Notes: generated by a model from the letters alone, not told the origin. 64,000 nucleotides of DNA from Utricularia gibba (GCA_002189035.1 NEEC01000004.1:4836001-4900000); one strand, 5' to 3'. Positions 22,875 to 37,378 are shown, counted from the first letter of the stretch. Program-made: numbers and translations.

Positions 22875-25800
22875 ATGGATTCGAAGTTTCTTTGGTTGTT
22901 TGCGTTGCTGTGCTTCCTTCATAGACCCAATTTTACAGGTTGGAAAAGTTTTTGTTTTTATAAACAGGATGAGAGTAATGGGGGTGGAGGCTTTTGGAAG
23001 GATTTCCTGGGATCACCTAGGAATATGTTCTTTTCTTGTTAATTTGGGTTCTGTGATATTTCGATGGTTTTGAAATTTTTCTGATGAATGCGGTGATTAT
23101 GAGAGTGAGAGTAGTAGTAGACCTATTTATTGTTGTTTATTCTGAAGACGGCGTGATTTGGGAAAAAGTGCATGGGCCAGTATGCTCGTGCTGCTTGTTT
23201 CGCTTTCTGATCCCCATCAGTGAACTATTCCGTGCCAGGTTTTTGGTTCCTGGTTCTATCTCGGATACTTCATCTTACTCGAATTCGTTATACTTCAGGA
23301 GAGGCGGTTGCTTTCGAGTCGGTACCTGATCTGGAAAAATCCATGTACAGGCAAATTGAAGGGTTTCCATGTGTGCGGTTGCTCAACCTCTCTGGAGTAA
23401 TCGGTTGTTCAAGTGGGTATTTATGTCAACGTGTTTTTTTCTGTATCAGGATTTAGTGTAAAATTTAACCAGTTTTTTTAATCAATTTGAATGCAGACCC
23501 AGGTCGTTCAGGTATCATTGCGCCAATTGTTAGGCTAAAGGATGCTAACGATTTTTATGGATCAGCTGCAATCTTGGTCTCCATTGATGAATTGGAAAGC
23601 TTATTTTTAAGGCATTTTTTTTCTTAAGCATGTCATTAATCTTCTGTAGTAAAACATTTTTTTTCATCTTCAACAATGCTCAATTCTTTTTCCAATTCTC
23701 AGGTTGTCTGAAGATTCCAATTTTCCGCCAAAAGTGGCTGGAGTACTGGTAGAATCAAGCGTTCCGAATGGCTTAGATGGTAACTGATCCCATCATTTAT
23801 GTTGTTCTAGAAATTTGCTAGTTTATGTTGTTCTAAATATTTTAGGAGCTCATAGGCCTGTTTTATTTGACAGCTTTTTCTCCAGATGCCAAGTTTCCAC
23901 AGGAAGAATTTTCTCCATATCGCAATAGCACCTTTCAGTGGAACCCAGCTGTATTTATGCTACTCTTCATCTTGATAACTGTTTCTTTTTTACCTTTGAA
24001 GTGACGGTAGTGGGTGTGAACCTTGAGTCTCATCAATCATTAGCAGGTAGCGGTTAATTAGTTGATTTTTGTGGTCTTCAGGGGTCTGGAATTATGTGGA
24101 AGGGTTACAACTTTCCAGTGTTTTTACTCTCCCAGAGTAGCAGCGCCGTCATGCAAGAGGTGCTATATAATAGAAGCGCTTGCTTTTGCCTTGTCTTTAC
24201 ATGTTTTCAGAAGAGGGAACTGTCATGACTAGATGTGTATCTGTGAACAGATGCATGTCTTTTTAGGAAGCGCGGGTGCTCGTTGAACTCAATCGATAAC
24301 CTTTTCCTGTTGTCAATGTTGCCAAATGCATCTTTTTCTGGTGTTCTTAGATTTCCTTTGCGAATGAGAAGCATGAAGGACTGCACACCGAAGTTGTTGC
24401 TGAGTTTGATCTAGTAATGCAGGTGGTTTCTAAATTTTTAAACTGGATAACATACTTGTATATTCTCTGTGTTTAAACTTATTTTTATTTTACTTCCCCT
24501 CATCTAACTTAGACTACAAAGTCTGGTAACCATGATTCAGAGTCGTGCTTGAACGAAGGAACTTGCCTTCCCCTTGGTGGATACAGGTAAGCTCGATAGA
24601 TTTCGGACTAAAATCCCTGTTGGACTTCATCATCGATCCTTTCTTGGATAAGCACTCTATACATACAGATGTGCATTAGAAGCTTTACAGTCAACTTTAA
24701 TTGTTTCCATCTGAATCCTTAATTTGAAGGGCAGCGTCTGGTCAGCCCTTCCCCCAATTAATCTTTCTTCCTCGCTAAAGGTGAAACCAGTTGTTATGAC
24801 AATTGCATCTATGGACGCAGCCTCATTTTTCGTGATCAAAGCCTTGGTGCTGAGTCCCCTATATCTGTAAGTTACTTTTCCTTGGTGAATTGATGCGTTT
24901 TCATCTTCCATGGAGTCCTTTACTTACTACTTCATTCTTAATTGCTTTGTTTAATCATCAGGGGTTAATTGCATTGCTTGCTGTAGTTGATTCTCTTTCA
25001 CGCCTTGATGCACTTGGTGAACTTAGCAAACAGGTTTACCTCTTGCTCCTATTAGTGTCTTTTTGATTTTTGTCATAATTCTCATCTTGTATTCGTTCAG
25101 CTTGTTTTTGCTGTTTTCACCGGAGAAGCCTGGGGGTATCTGGGTAGTCGGAGATTCTTTTTAGAACTTGATCTTCAGTCAGACACACTTAAAGGCCTAG
25201 ATATCGCTGGCATTGAAACGGTATTTCTCAATTGCACTTTTTTTACCGTCAATATGTGTTGCTGGCCTGTGTTTAATAAGTTGTGTACTTTAGGTCATGG
25301 AAATTGGGTCAGTTGGAAAGAGCTCTTCTGATGGAAGAACATTTTATGCGCATACTGCTGGGGTAATGGCTGCGCGTAGTGGGAACCCATAGCATTACTT
25401 AGTGGGCACTTTGTTTTTGTTTTCTTCAATTTAGACAGTATTCTTTCTCCATGGATTTCAGCTTCAAAGGAAAAAAATCATCTTCAGTTTCAAGCTCACT
25501 TCGATTACTTTTTTTCAGGCTTCATCCGCCATGAATGGGACATTGCATGCCTTGCAACGTGCTCAAAGCTCCTTGAAAACTGAAAGTGTGACTGTCAAAA
25601 CAGCCAGTGCATCAAATCCTGGAGTTCCTCCATCGTCACTGATGACATTCTTAAGGAAGGTCTGGACTGATGAATAAATACTTGAAATTTTTGAAAAGAC
25701 CTCGTGATCATCAGAGACGGTTTCAACCAATCTTTCTTGTGTCGTCTATTTCTTGCAGAAACCAATGATTTCTGGTGTTGTGTTGGAGGACTTTGACACT

Positions 25801-26693
25801 TCTTTTAGCAACAAGTTCTACCACAGCCACCTTGATGGCCCATGTTTGTCAACATGAACCCTTTCCCTTTTGTACTTGACCTAATTAGTTCCTCCTGACA
25901 TTTTTTTTTTCTTTTTTGCAGCAAATATAAACTCTTCATCCATTGTAACTGCTGCTTCTCTTGTTGCTCGAACTTTATACATTCTAGCTGGTGGCCAAGA
26001 TGTTTCAGTTTTAGATGCCATAAAAGTCAATGCCTCATTAGTGGAAGAGCTCGTGAGCTGCTTATTGACCTGTGATCCTGGTTTATCATGTCCCCTTGTG
26101 AATCGTTACATTTCCCCTTCTGCAACTTGTCCAAACCATTATGTCGGTGTGATTCTCGGCGACCCATCTTCCTCTTCGAATCCTTCCTATGTCGGGGATA
26201 TCTCCAGGCTCGTCTGGAACTTCTTGGCAGAAAAGGCATCAACTCCTTCGAAGAACACGAGCTCTTCATGCCCCGATAACTGCCGAGGCACCGGTGAAGT
26301 GTGCATTAGACAAGAAGCCGGTGGCAGTGGTGTCTGTGTCATCTCCACCACCAGGTATACCCAGACTCCACACACTGCTGCTGCTTTTTTACTCTAGTAG
26401 ATCAGCTAAGACATGACTTCAACTGGTGTGCCAGATATGTCCCCGCGTACTCCACTCGTTTGAAGTATGACTCCGGAAGCTGGACACTGCTGCCCCCTAA
26501 CACCTCCCATGTCGAGGAGGACCCTGTCTGGACCGAGAGCAACTGGAACACCATACGCCTCAGGGTGTTCAAGGTTCAAAGCGCCCGGTACGACCATGCT
26601 ATCCTCATTCTAGGCTTCGTTGTCACCCTCCTGTCGTACATGCTCATAATCCTAGCCAGAACTGTCATCAGAAAAGTTGTGAAGCAGGACTAG
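22875..26693 (+). CDS. NCT: Nicastrin (gamma-secretase subunit), multi-exon; one -1 indel at ~24826-24830 and a probable GC-AG intron
   Basis: Exons encode VPDLEKSMY...GFPCVRLLNLSGVIGCS, WNPAGSGIMW...NFPVFLL, VVAEFDLVMQTTKSG...DSESCL...TCLPLGGYSVWS, CLLTCDPGLSCPLV, and YVPAYSTRLKY...DPVWTESNW followed by a C-terminal TM. Confidence 0.93.
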
Positions 26694-27830
26694 TTTTCCT
26701 TCTGCTGCCATCCTTGATCACCACTAGTAGGTATACAGGCAGGAAACAGTTAAAAAACCTCCCTTACTTTCTATATTTTAAACTTCTGAACTCCGGTTGT
26801 CTAAGAAAGATTGATGTTTATCTTATTTTTGTGTTTCCTTGCCGTTAGAGTCCCTCATGGGGATAAGGTCAACACAGGCGGGCATTGCATGATTGGCACC
26901 AAGTCCTTTCTTCTCTCCAGAAGAAGACAAGAGGGCTGTGCACTGTACTGGGCTTCCCTTCTCCCTTATATCAATTCAAGGGATGGGGTCCCCTGGCCCT
27001 TAAAGGGTAGGTGGTGCCTCATATCTCATCCCCATCCATTTCCCACGTTTCCAATTGCGTGGCACACATCTCCACGATTAGGCTTCCTGTTAGTAAATAA
27101 ATCATTCCAGGACAAAACATGGGCGTGCACTCTACTCCTCTTCTAATCATTTTGATCCCTCTGAGGTGATGGGGCTTTTGTTTGATCTCCAGATGGTGGT
27201 GGGGCTTTCGTTTTCAATCTTTGAGATGAGGTGGCCTCCTTCTCTTTATCTTGTTTAAGTCTATGGACCCGATGTGAAACTGAAGTTAGGTGTAAAGGAC
27301 ACAGATAAAGGAGTGACCCTACATAAAAATCAGTCCTCCAAGGCTGCTACTTTTTAGATGCCCTTGACAGGGAAGGCTGGATCTGTGAGGTGAGTTCTGG
27401 GCTATGGTGGATGGAGGTGGATTTCCAAGCTAAGTAACAAACCTGTGTCTTGAAAGAGGTGATGAAGACGACTGGTATAGGATCCCAGGAAGGATCTTTG
27501 TGAATTGGATTTACCAGGAAATCAGAAGTAACTCCAAGGAAAGTGAAGGAAATCCAACCCAGGATGACAGAAACAGGTTTTGATGATTAACCGACCCCCA
27601 TCAACACAGATTTAAGTTGCACGGAAGGGAAAATGACGCCATTAATGGCTGCGCAGAGGAGTTTGCTGAAGCGTGCACCTAGTTTTGGAGTTACTCCATT
27701 GCTCATCTCTTAGCTGTATCCCGCAACCGCGTTTTCCGAGTCCAAATCCTGCAGCCCCACCTCCGATTTATCCTCTTCTATGTATAAATACACCACCCAC
27801 ACGCTTCCCCGTTCTTCACTCCAACAAAAA

Positions 27831-29152
27831 ATGGCACCTTCCACTTCCTTCTGCCTCCTCATCCTCTTCGCTTCTCTGCGGCTCCTTGAAAGCAAGCAGC
27901 TTTCTGTTTCCTTCCCTATGACCAGAGCTTTGGTGCCCAGCACCACGCATAAACGGCGTTCTTCCCTCGGAGTTGAAAAGGCTACGGCAGCGACGGCGGC
28001 TGCGGTGGCGGCGGGGGTTCTCAGTCGTTTGATTACAACTACCATAACTCCTTCAAGTACTCAATGGCTCTGGTTGTCTCCCTCCCGATTGGTACCCCGC
28101 CGCAGACTCAGAAAATGGTGTTGGATACCGGAAGCCAGCTGTCATGGATTCAGTGCAACGGGAAGAAGCCGCAAGCGGCGGGTGGGGCGGCGCCACCGAA
28201 GTCGGAATTTGATCCTTCCCTGTCTTCTTCTTTCTCGGTCCCCTGCAACCATCCTATCTGCAAACCGCAAATTCCCGATTTTACCCTCCCGACGACTTGC
28301 GACCAGAATAGCCTGTGCCACTACTCGTACTTCTATGCAGATGGGACGCTTGCGGAGGGTAATTTGGTAAGAGAGAAGTTCACCTTTTCTCCTTCCAGAG
28401 TTACCCCTCCCCTGATTCTTGGATGCGCTACGGCGTCCGCGGAGGCTCAGGGCATTTTGGGGATGAACCTTGGGAGGCTGTCGTTTGCGTCTCAGGCCAA
28501 GGTTCCGAGATTTTCCTACTGCGTGCCAAGCAAACACAACGCCGGCGAGAACCCCACGGGCACCTTTTTCCTCGGCCAGAATCCGAATTCGAGAAGCTTC
28601 CGGTACACTAATCTGTTGAGTTTCCCCGAAAGCCAGAGGAAGCCCAATTTCGACCCCCTCGCGTACACCGTCGGACTCGCCGGCATCCGAGTCGGCGGCA
28701 AAAGGCTGAACATTTCAACAACGGCTTTCCGTCCGGACGCCGGCGGCTCCGGACAAACGATGATCGATTCCGGCACGCAGTACACTTTCCTCGTGGACGC
28801 CGCGTACTCGAAGCTCCGGGAGGAAATTGTGAGACTCGCCGGCGCGGACCTGAAGAAGGACTACGTATACGGCGGATCCCTGGACATGTGCTTCGACGGC
28901 AATCCATCTCAAATAGGGCAGAAAATCGGACAAATAGCCTTCGAATTCGATAACGGCGTAGAGATCCTGATCGAGAAGGAGAACAACCTCGACGACGTCG
29001 GCGGCGGCGTCCACTGCCTCGCCATCGGCCGATCTGAAACCCTCGGCGTCCCGAGCAACATCATCGGCAACTTCCAGCAGCAAAATCTTTGGGTCGAATT
29101 CGACTTGACGAACCGGCGGGTCGGGTTCGGAGCAGCCAATTGTAACACGTGA
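27831..29152 (+). CDS. Intronless A1 aspartic protease (PCS1-like / nepenthesin-type), one -1 frameshift at ~27976-27979
   Basis: Signal peptide in one frame, then FKYSMALVVSLPIGTPPQTQKMVLDTGSQLSW (DTG) and QTMIDSGTQ (DSG), IIGNFQQQNLWVEFD. Adding one A in gaaaag joins the frames. Confidence 0.92.
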
Positions 29153-31208
29153 CTTTTTGTTCGCCTTTTCACTTTTGTACGTAGTAGCCCTAAACTAGGT
29201 AGTCAGCTCCCATATTTTATACATAATATTTTTTAAATCTTTACTGAATTCCCCTCCAGTTTTGTTTATGTTGAATTTTTTGGAAATAAAAAATATTTTC
29301 ACCCAATTAAATTATTCCATAAAAAGTGAAAAATCCAGGCTGGAACCCGGACATAAAATCCCTGGTAGGTCAGCCCATTGCATTTAATGCTAATTATTCT
29401 GCTTCAATTATTTGTGCTGCAATTTTTATTTATTTAATTTATTTAAATTAAAACAAATGTATTATTTATTAAATTAAGTTAATTATTAGGGAGTGGTCAA
29501 CCCGGACAAACACATTCAATTCCACTTCAGAATGTTATCAGCAGTTCTACCCTAATAATCATTTCCTAAATTTATAACCGCCGACCGGCAAATTAAAAGC
29601 GTTCAGAATTACATATATTCTTGAAATTATTTGATTTAATTTATGTATATTCTAATCTTTTAAAATCAGAAATTCACAGAAGTTATTAAATTTAATGAAT
29701 TTCTGTATTAATGATTAAATAAAAATTAATTTCTAATTAAAAAATACATGTATATATCAACAGATTAACTTCTATAATAATTTTATGTATTAAACGTTAT
29801 AATATATGATTTAAAATATTAAATTAATGATATAAATTTATAGTATCTCATAAAATAGTTTTATAATTTTAAAACTGATTATATTCTATATAATATATGG
29901 TTTCAAATTATATAACAATATCGTAACTTTACATATAAATATTTCTTAAGATTTCACGTTGCTACTTAACTTATGCGTTCTGAAATACATATTTGACTTG
30001 TAAATACTTATATAATTATATTTATTAAAACTTGTATTTCATAAGCTTTTGTCAATAACGCGATTTTTAATATTTTATTTCGTATGTATTAAATAAACAC
30101 AAATGACTATTAATCAAATTATACTATAAAAAATATCTAGTAGAAAGTGATGGTAAATATCAACTTTACCCTAGAAAACATGTATATCTACTCTTATGTC
30201 TCGATGCACTGCAAAATATCGCAGGTGGGTCCGGTGAAGTAAAATGATCTTTATTTTTTTACAAAAATATTAATATTAAAAAGCATTCATTTTTCTAAAT
30301 ATCGTGGGCTGTCTGTGGAATGAACTCCGGGAACTATCCTCCGCCGAGGAAGCTTCAGAGATGAAAGGTCGCCGCTGTCGGGGTGGACCGGGTTCGGTGG
30401 TTCGACGCGAGAAGGCGATTGGGTTGTCATGCATGTGTTGTGGGTTGGATGGATAGTTGGAAGAGCAGAGCAGAGCACAGCAGCCGTGGATTTGGTCGCC
30501 GAAAACGAAATCCGAAAGATCGTTATCGTGGCATTGATCGGGGCATGAAGCGGAGTCGCCGTCGTGGCTCCCGTCTCTGGTTCGGTTCGGGTTTCGTTTT
30601 CAGGGAGAGCTGTATCCTACTACTAGACTCCAACTGAACGACGCTGGGTATTTATGAAAATACTCCACCACACGTCTGCTACTTAATGTGTTTCAGTTAC
30701 GTGATGTGACTCCTTCTCGATTCATTCCTCAGATCATGGCTTTGGGATTCAGAGGTTTGGTTGGTTGTGCGCGGCCGGGCAGTCGCTTCGGGCCTTGTGG
30801 GCGGAGGCTGGTATGGGCCGAAAATCCGATGGCAAACTGCTGTTTCTGCCACGCCGGCTTGTCCGTACTACTTCCGATGCCGCATCCTTTTCTTCTCCGG
30901 CAGCAGCCCATTGTTTCACTGGATCCGTAGGGCGGGCATGGGATGGGTCAATATCCCCAAGGAATCCAAATTAAAAAAGTGTAGTAACGCAAAATTTTAT
31001 TAACAAATTCAAAAAATATATAAATATTGGTATTTTTAATAAATTACACAGATATGATTTCTAAAAATTTTATTAGGACCATTTTTTTTGAAATTTTTAT
31101 TTTGGAAAATTATAAAAAAACAAAGATTATATAAGTGTACAGTAACGAAAATCTTGCTTAGGAAAGAAAAACAAGATTATTAGATTCAGACAAGAAGCAC
31201 GTCCGTTA

Positions 31209-31684
31209 TTAGGGGACACAGGGATCCAGAGTTATTGTATTAGGTATCCGAGAGGATCCACCGACATGACCGTACAGGAGGGATGACACTGCTGCAATCC
31301 GAGCATGAGCCATCTCTCCGGCGGCATTCAACTTCCGCCGCCGCTGCCGCCCAGGTTCATCTTTCCTCCGGCGTTGACGAAAACCACCACGCGCTGACTC
31401 TTCTCTACTACATCGTTCCTGGACCATCCGCACGTGGCAGCAGCAACATTCCCTAAACGAAGCCCCCTCACGCTCGCACTCTTCTTCGTCTTCCTGCTCC
31501 TCGCCGTCGACTCGCCGCGATTCGCCTCGACGTAGCGATCCAGCAGCGCGGAAATCGCCATTATCTCGTGAGCATCAAGAAGGGAACTCGTGGAGATATT
31601 TTTGTCGGGAAACGGCGCGTCTGCGCCCATGAATGGAATCTCCGTCGGAAAACAGATCTTGGCGGCGGAGGAATCTGGAGCCAT
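31209..31684 (-). CDS. Small plant-specific protein of unknown function; boundaries uncertain
   Basis: GC-rich ORF with SLLDAHEIMAISALLDRYVE and LRLGNVAAATCGWSRNDVVE, resembling a recalled uncharacterised plant family; overlapping frames suggest a possible indel. Confidence 0.45.
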
Positions 31685-32548
31685 AGTTCTGCTTCTGAGG
31701 GGAAAATGGATCGACTTTTTCGCTTTCTTGAATTTTCAAAGACGCGAAGTTTGAAGAAGCCTGAATGCATTTATGGACAAGTGCAGGAGGTGGATGAAAC
31801 GCAGTAATACCAAAATGGTGAATTTACAGTAAACCCATCCTATCCTGGTACCTTTTGGGACAGGTAATAATTTCCCAAAAAAGAATAAATAATGATAACA
31901 TTATATATATGTGTAGTAAGATTTTATGGGAATGATTAAAAATTCAATAGTATTTATGTCGAAGTATGCTATGTAAAATTAATTTACTGAATTTATTTTT
32001 ATTTAATTTTTAAATATTCTAATATTTAATTATGATTAAAATCATAAATTCGGATTTTATAATTAACTTTATAAATTATAGAGTTTTTAGAATCTATGTT
32101 TTAGTAATTAATTAATATATTAATTAAAAAATTATACTATTTAATTTTTATTTATTTTTAAAATATATTAATATCATAAAATTAAATTATATAATATTTA
32201 ATGTATTAATTATGTAATACATTATTTATTTTATTAAATTTTATAATACTATATAAAATGGTTTTATAATATGAAACTTATTATATACAAATAATCTAAA
32301 AAATGATTTTATTTTATATAATCTTAATCATGCATTTTCATGGTGCAATAATCAATGGAATGTTCGAAATTAGGTAATTTATTTATTCGCTAATGTTTTT
32401 ATATCAAATGGAGTCTCGAATTAGAACAACGCGATTATTCCAATCGGGAGCAGAAAGACCGTACAATGATAGCACACAAATAGATGAGATAAGACAGGCA
32501 GAAGCAAATCGTCGAACACTTGCCATGCGAGGAAGAAGGCAATCAAAT

Positions 32549-34584
32549 TCAGGGCTTCCCGATAATGGTTGTCTCGGCAATCATGGAGGTCACCACGTAG
32601 GGATCCATGTTTGAAGCTGGCCTTCGGTCTTCGAAGTAGCCCTTCCCTTCTTTCTCGGTGTCCCGCCCGACACGAATGGATGCGCCGCGGTTCGCGACCC
32701 CCTGTCGTGAAGAACAAACGCCGGCGAGGTTAAAGCTACTGATTACGGTTGTGAATGAATGAAAGGGATTTCTTTTATCTTTTGTTCAGTCAGCTTACCC
32801 ATTTGAATGTGTTGATGTTTGCAGTTTCGTGTCTGCCGGTGAGGCGGCGTTCGTTGCCCTCGCCGTATGCGGCGATGTGTTCCTTGTGCTTCAGCCCAAG
32901 CTTCTCAATCGCCTTCTTTATCACTTCGTATCCGCCCTCCTCCCTCATCGACTTCGTGCTGAAAACCAGAATCTCAAGTGAATCTAATCGCACTTGGGTG
33001 AATGCCGTGATCAAGAGGCAATATTGACCTGTAGTTCGTATGTGCCCCCGCTCCATTCCAGTCTCCATCAATAGGCTTGGGATCGAAGGAAAGCACGACT
33101 CCGGCAATTTCAGTGATCCTCTGCGTTGAGTGATTGATCAGGATAATGCACAAGCAGTGGCTCCTATTTGGGAAATTTAAGGACTGAAAGAGCAGCAGTG
33201 GATCAGAAGAATTTTTACCTCAAGGATGTAACGAGCAATCCATAGCTGATCGCCGGCGGAGATGCCAACAGCAGGTCCAACTTGAAACTCCCACTGATAA
33301 ATTCGGAATGCTTCATCAATTGCTTCTCCGATCATCTAAAAAAGCTGATGGTGAAAGCCGTGGCAGTGCGCATACCTGGCCAGGCATCACTTCTCCGTTG
33401 ATGCCACTTATGTTGACTCCGGCGTAGAGGCATGCTTTGTAGTGTGCATCAACTATGTCACGTCCGAAAGCCTTGTCTGCTCCAACACCGCAGTAGTAAG
33501 GGCCCTGATACACACAAAGGCCGGTGAGTTAACATCAAGAAAACGCCACAGAACCAGTCTGTGTATTTCCTTTTATTCGGATTTGACCTGAGGACCGGGG
33601 AAACCGCCGGTCGGCCATCCCAGGGGCCATTTGACTTGCTTTTGCAGGAGGGTATATTCTTGCTCAATCCCATACCTACCCATGACCACATCAAGTCAAT
33701 CATCAGCATTGCAGAAACCGGAAACAACTGGGGTAGGCAGTTCCTTACCAGGGCACCTCCGCAACAACATCAGGGTGACTGAAAATCTTTGCTGCAGCAT
33801 GTCTCTTGTTCGTCGGAATCGGTTCACCGGCAGGAGTATAAGCATCACATATGACCTAGATATCCAAAGCATGTATCAGAAGCTGAAACAATTCACAAGG
33901 AAAAGCAACTACCGTTGACTCACAAGAATGTTGTTTCCTCTTCTGAATGGATCTCTGAAGATAGCTTGAGGGCTGCAGGGAAACCAATTGCAAAATTATC
34001 GTACACATTAAAAAACACTTCATTCCTGATCAAAACTGGGATGGGATAAGAACATACTATAAGATAACTTCACTGTCTTCTCCGGGCGCTTGACCAGTGC
34101 TGGATCCATCGTAGTTCCACTTGGGGAGCTTAGAGGGATCGCTCACAGGACCAGAAAGCGTCTGCCCATGCCCAGAAAAACATTAAAGATCCCATCTTTA
34201 TCACAAAAACAAGTAACCCAAAAAACCTACTCACCCTGGCTTTGCTTCTAAGATCCAAACCAGAACCACCAATCCTGTAAATTAATTTTCGATCCGCAAA
34301 GTATCAACATAAATCCAAAATTTTGCTTTGTGGGTTGTTCAGTATCAATTGAAAATAGATCGATTCCGTAAAAGGAAACAAAGAATCTAGCAGTACAAAA
34401 GGTAACTACAGATCAAACCCAGAAACAAGTGAAACCTACACAGGTGACGCATTCAAAGCAAAAAAGGTACTTTTTTTCAGCATTAGACAAGGGGAAGAAT
34501 CATTACTCACCAAACATACTCAGCGATGATCTTCTCCGTCTTGTCCGAGAGATCGAGATTGATCAGATCTGAGAGAAGCGCCAT
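32549..34584 (-). CDS. GLN1: Cytosolic glutamine synthetase GS1, 11 exons
   Basis: [25 protein letters not shown]...[19 protein letters not shown]...[25 protein letters not shown]...[13 protein letters not shown]...[10 protein letters not shown]...[25 protein letters not shown]; no transit peptide; all junctions GT-AG. Confidence 0.97.
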
Positions 34585-36289
34585 TGTTCTCAAGATTCCA
34601 ACAGTTTCTCTTCACAGTCTCCCAGAAGCAATTCTCTCCTCTCTCAACAATACGCGAATTCGGATAAGGACTCGCGAGCTTTTATAGACCAATAAACCCA
34701 CCTTGGATTGGTGGTGGTCTCTCCAGTCAAATATTTCGTATATAAAATGAATATAATGAAGATTCGGAATGATATAATCGCAATTCACGGAAACACAACA
34801 CCCATAAGCTTGATGATGATCTCCACTAGATTTTAGTGTGGGCACGCGTGTAGAGAATGGTTTCTCGGTCGCCCTCAACGATGAGAAAAGCAACTGAACC
34901 CAAAGAGAGCTTTTCAAATAGAAATCCTCCTCATTCAAAGATTCTTTAACTCTAGTGCATAAATCAGTCAACTTATTTTTCCATAATTTCTTGAAATTGA
35001 TTCTATTTAATTTTTAAATATCCTAATCTTTATTATTTTTGTAATCAAATTAAAAATTCAGATGTTGTGACTAATTTAAAAAATTATTAAATTTATTGGA
35101 TCTATGTTTTATTGATTTAATAATGGAGTAATTAAAAAATATAAGATTTATTTTTTATCTATTCAAAAAATACATTTATATTATAACACTAAACTATATA
35201 ATAATTTAATATATTAATTTTATAATATATATTTTAGTTTATTAAATTTTATAATATAAATTTATTTATTCCACAAAACAACTTACAATGCTATTTTATT
35301 TACATAATCCTAAATCTGACTATATTCTACGAGCACAAATTCAAATTATATAATACACCCATCATAATATGGGGAAGTAGTTGAATCGAAAGTCTAAAGA
35401 GTTGAAAATGATGGGTTTGTAGGAGATTCCACCGTCCACGTGGCGGGTGAACAAATCAAAATTCCCTTGTTAATAAAGTTTCAGTCCCATATTTCACGAG
35501 TTTTGTTTTTCCACCCCTGCATGTGGGCCCTACTTGCCCATACCTCTAACCAACCCCCTATTATGTTAAATTATAAAAATACCCATGTGCCCGAAAAACC
35601 GACTAAGTATTAATTTAATATCCATGTCATGAATAAAGAGGGGCCCTCCACAACCCAAAAATGTCTTTTTACAGCAGCAACTAGAACCCAAACGTTAGAG
35701 ACGAATATTTGGGAAAATAAAATAAAAAAGAAATTCATTTTCCAAGACGACCTTCTAGACGAGACTTGACTTTGAAATCAACGCTTAGCCGCTTTTTTGC
35801 CATCATTTCACATGGAAAATGTTACACATCTTTTTGGGCCATATATTGGGGCCTAATCAGGCCTACAACACTATGCGCTCGGCATGGACCATAATAGGCC
35901 CATAATTTCTACTCCAGCAATGTGATGACGATGACGTGTATTCATACGTGCGTTTAGATTTAGCTCGTATTTAATTTATTATTTATCAATAAATATTTTT
36001 TTATCAGTAAATATTTAGTTGAATTGTATTATAAATGTAAAAAATAATTAGAATTTTTAGTTTTAAGGGGCGTGTAGAAGGTATCAAATCAGCCCCTAAC
36101 GTACACATGCATGGGCTGATGTGTACAGACTTAAGCAGAAAGAAACTTGGGGAAGATGATGAGAACAGGTCATCCGCTTTTTACGTGGGGAGCTTTTTTT
36201 TACTGGTGACTTGTGCCTATAATAATCACATTCATGTAGCTGGAGCACAGTTCGATCTTTTCTGCAGAGTTTGTAAGGATCTCTCTATC

Positions 36290-37378
36290 ATGGTGATCGC
36301 CATTTTACTGGTGATTTTGGGTCTGGCTCTGAGAGCAGATGGATCCGTTGATAGCTTTCTCTACGGCGGCTGCGCGCAGATAAAGTACACGCCGAATTCT
36401 CCCTATGAGTCGAATCTGGATTCCCTTTTGGCTTCGCTTGTGAATTCTGCAACTTACTCTGCCTACAACAAGTTCACAATCATGGGATCCACTCAGCGCG
36501 ACGTGGTTTATGGCCTTTATCAATGCCGCGGCGACCTCGCCATGCCTGACTGCGCCACCTGCGTGGCGGAGGCCGTCACTCGGATCGGCCCTCTGTGTCC
36601 GCAGTCCTGCGGAGGCGCAGTGCAGTTGGAGGGTTGTTACTTGAAGTTCGATAACTTGTCGTTTCTGGGGGTAGAGGATAAGTCGGTTGTGATGAAGAAA
36701 TGTGGGCCGTCTGATGGGTACGGCGCGGGGACGGGCCGCCGTGATGCTGTCTTGGCGGCGTTAAACGACGCCGGCGGGACGTACAGGGTTGGGGGAGCGG
36801 AGGATGTGCAAGGGGTGGCTCAGTGTGTGGGAGATCTGAGCGGGAGCCAGTGCCAGGACTGTGTGGCGGAGGCGATACGGCGGCTGAAGGCGGAGTGCGG
36901 GGGCGCGGTGTTCGGTGATGTGTTTCTGGGTAAATGCTACGCCAGGTACTCCACCAGCGCAGCCCAGAACTTCCCAAGAGCAAATCATGGTAGGAGATTC
37001 TTCTGGGCCATCCCTCTTTTCATCTTCTTCCTCTGAACCATGATTCCCAGGCGTTCTTCAGAATATTCTCAGTGTCACACCCCTCCCATTTTCTTCAAGA
37101 TTAAGCCGTGAATACGTTGAAACTAAGGTCTTAAACCCAAAAACCCGAACGCAGTCTAACTCATTTGCTCCTGGACCAGATTATCACTCCGATTCAGAGA
37201 AGACATTCGCAATCATCATCGGATTGTTAGCCGCCGCCGCCCTGATCATCATCTTCCTCACTTTTCTGGGCCGTATGTTCGGAAAAACCAACGGTGAGGA
37301 TCCTACCTTAAGTCCCTACATTCCTCAGTTATGATTGATGGATGAGATTCAATTCTCTTGGTCTGTGAAGGAAAATAG
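36290..37378 (+). CDS. Plasmodesmata-located protein (two DUF26/Gnk2 domains + TM), PDLP6/7/8-like. Exons 36290-36989, ~37180-37293, 37371-37378
   Basis: Signal peptide, two C-X8-C-X2-C motifs (CRGDLAMPDCATC, CVGDLSGSQCQDC), TM EKTFAIIIGLLAAAALIIIFL, short GK* tail. Confidence 0.92.

Noticed and set aside
30300-30500. Partial resemblance to conserved miRNAs (miR529/156-like gaagagcagagcagagcac; miR390-site-like ctatcctcc)
   Set aside because: Too many mismatches and no supporting stem-loop
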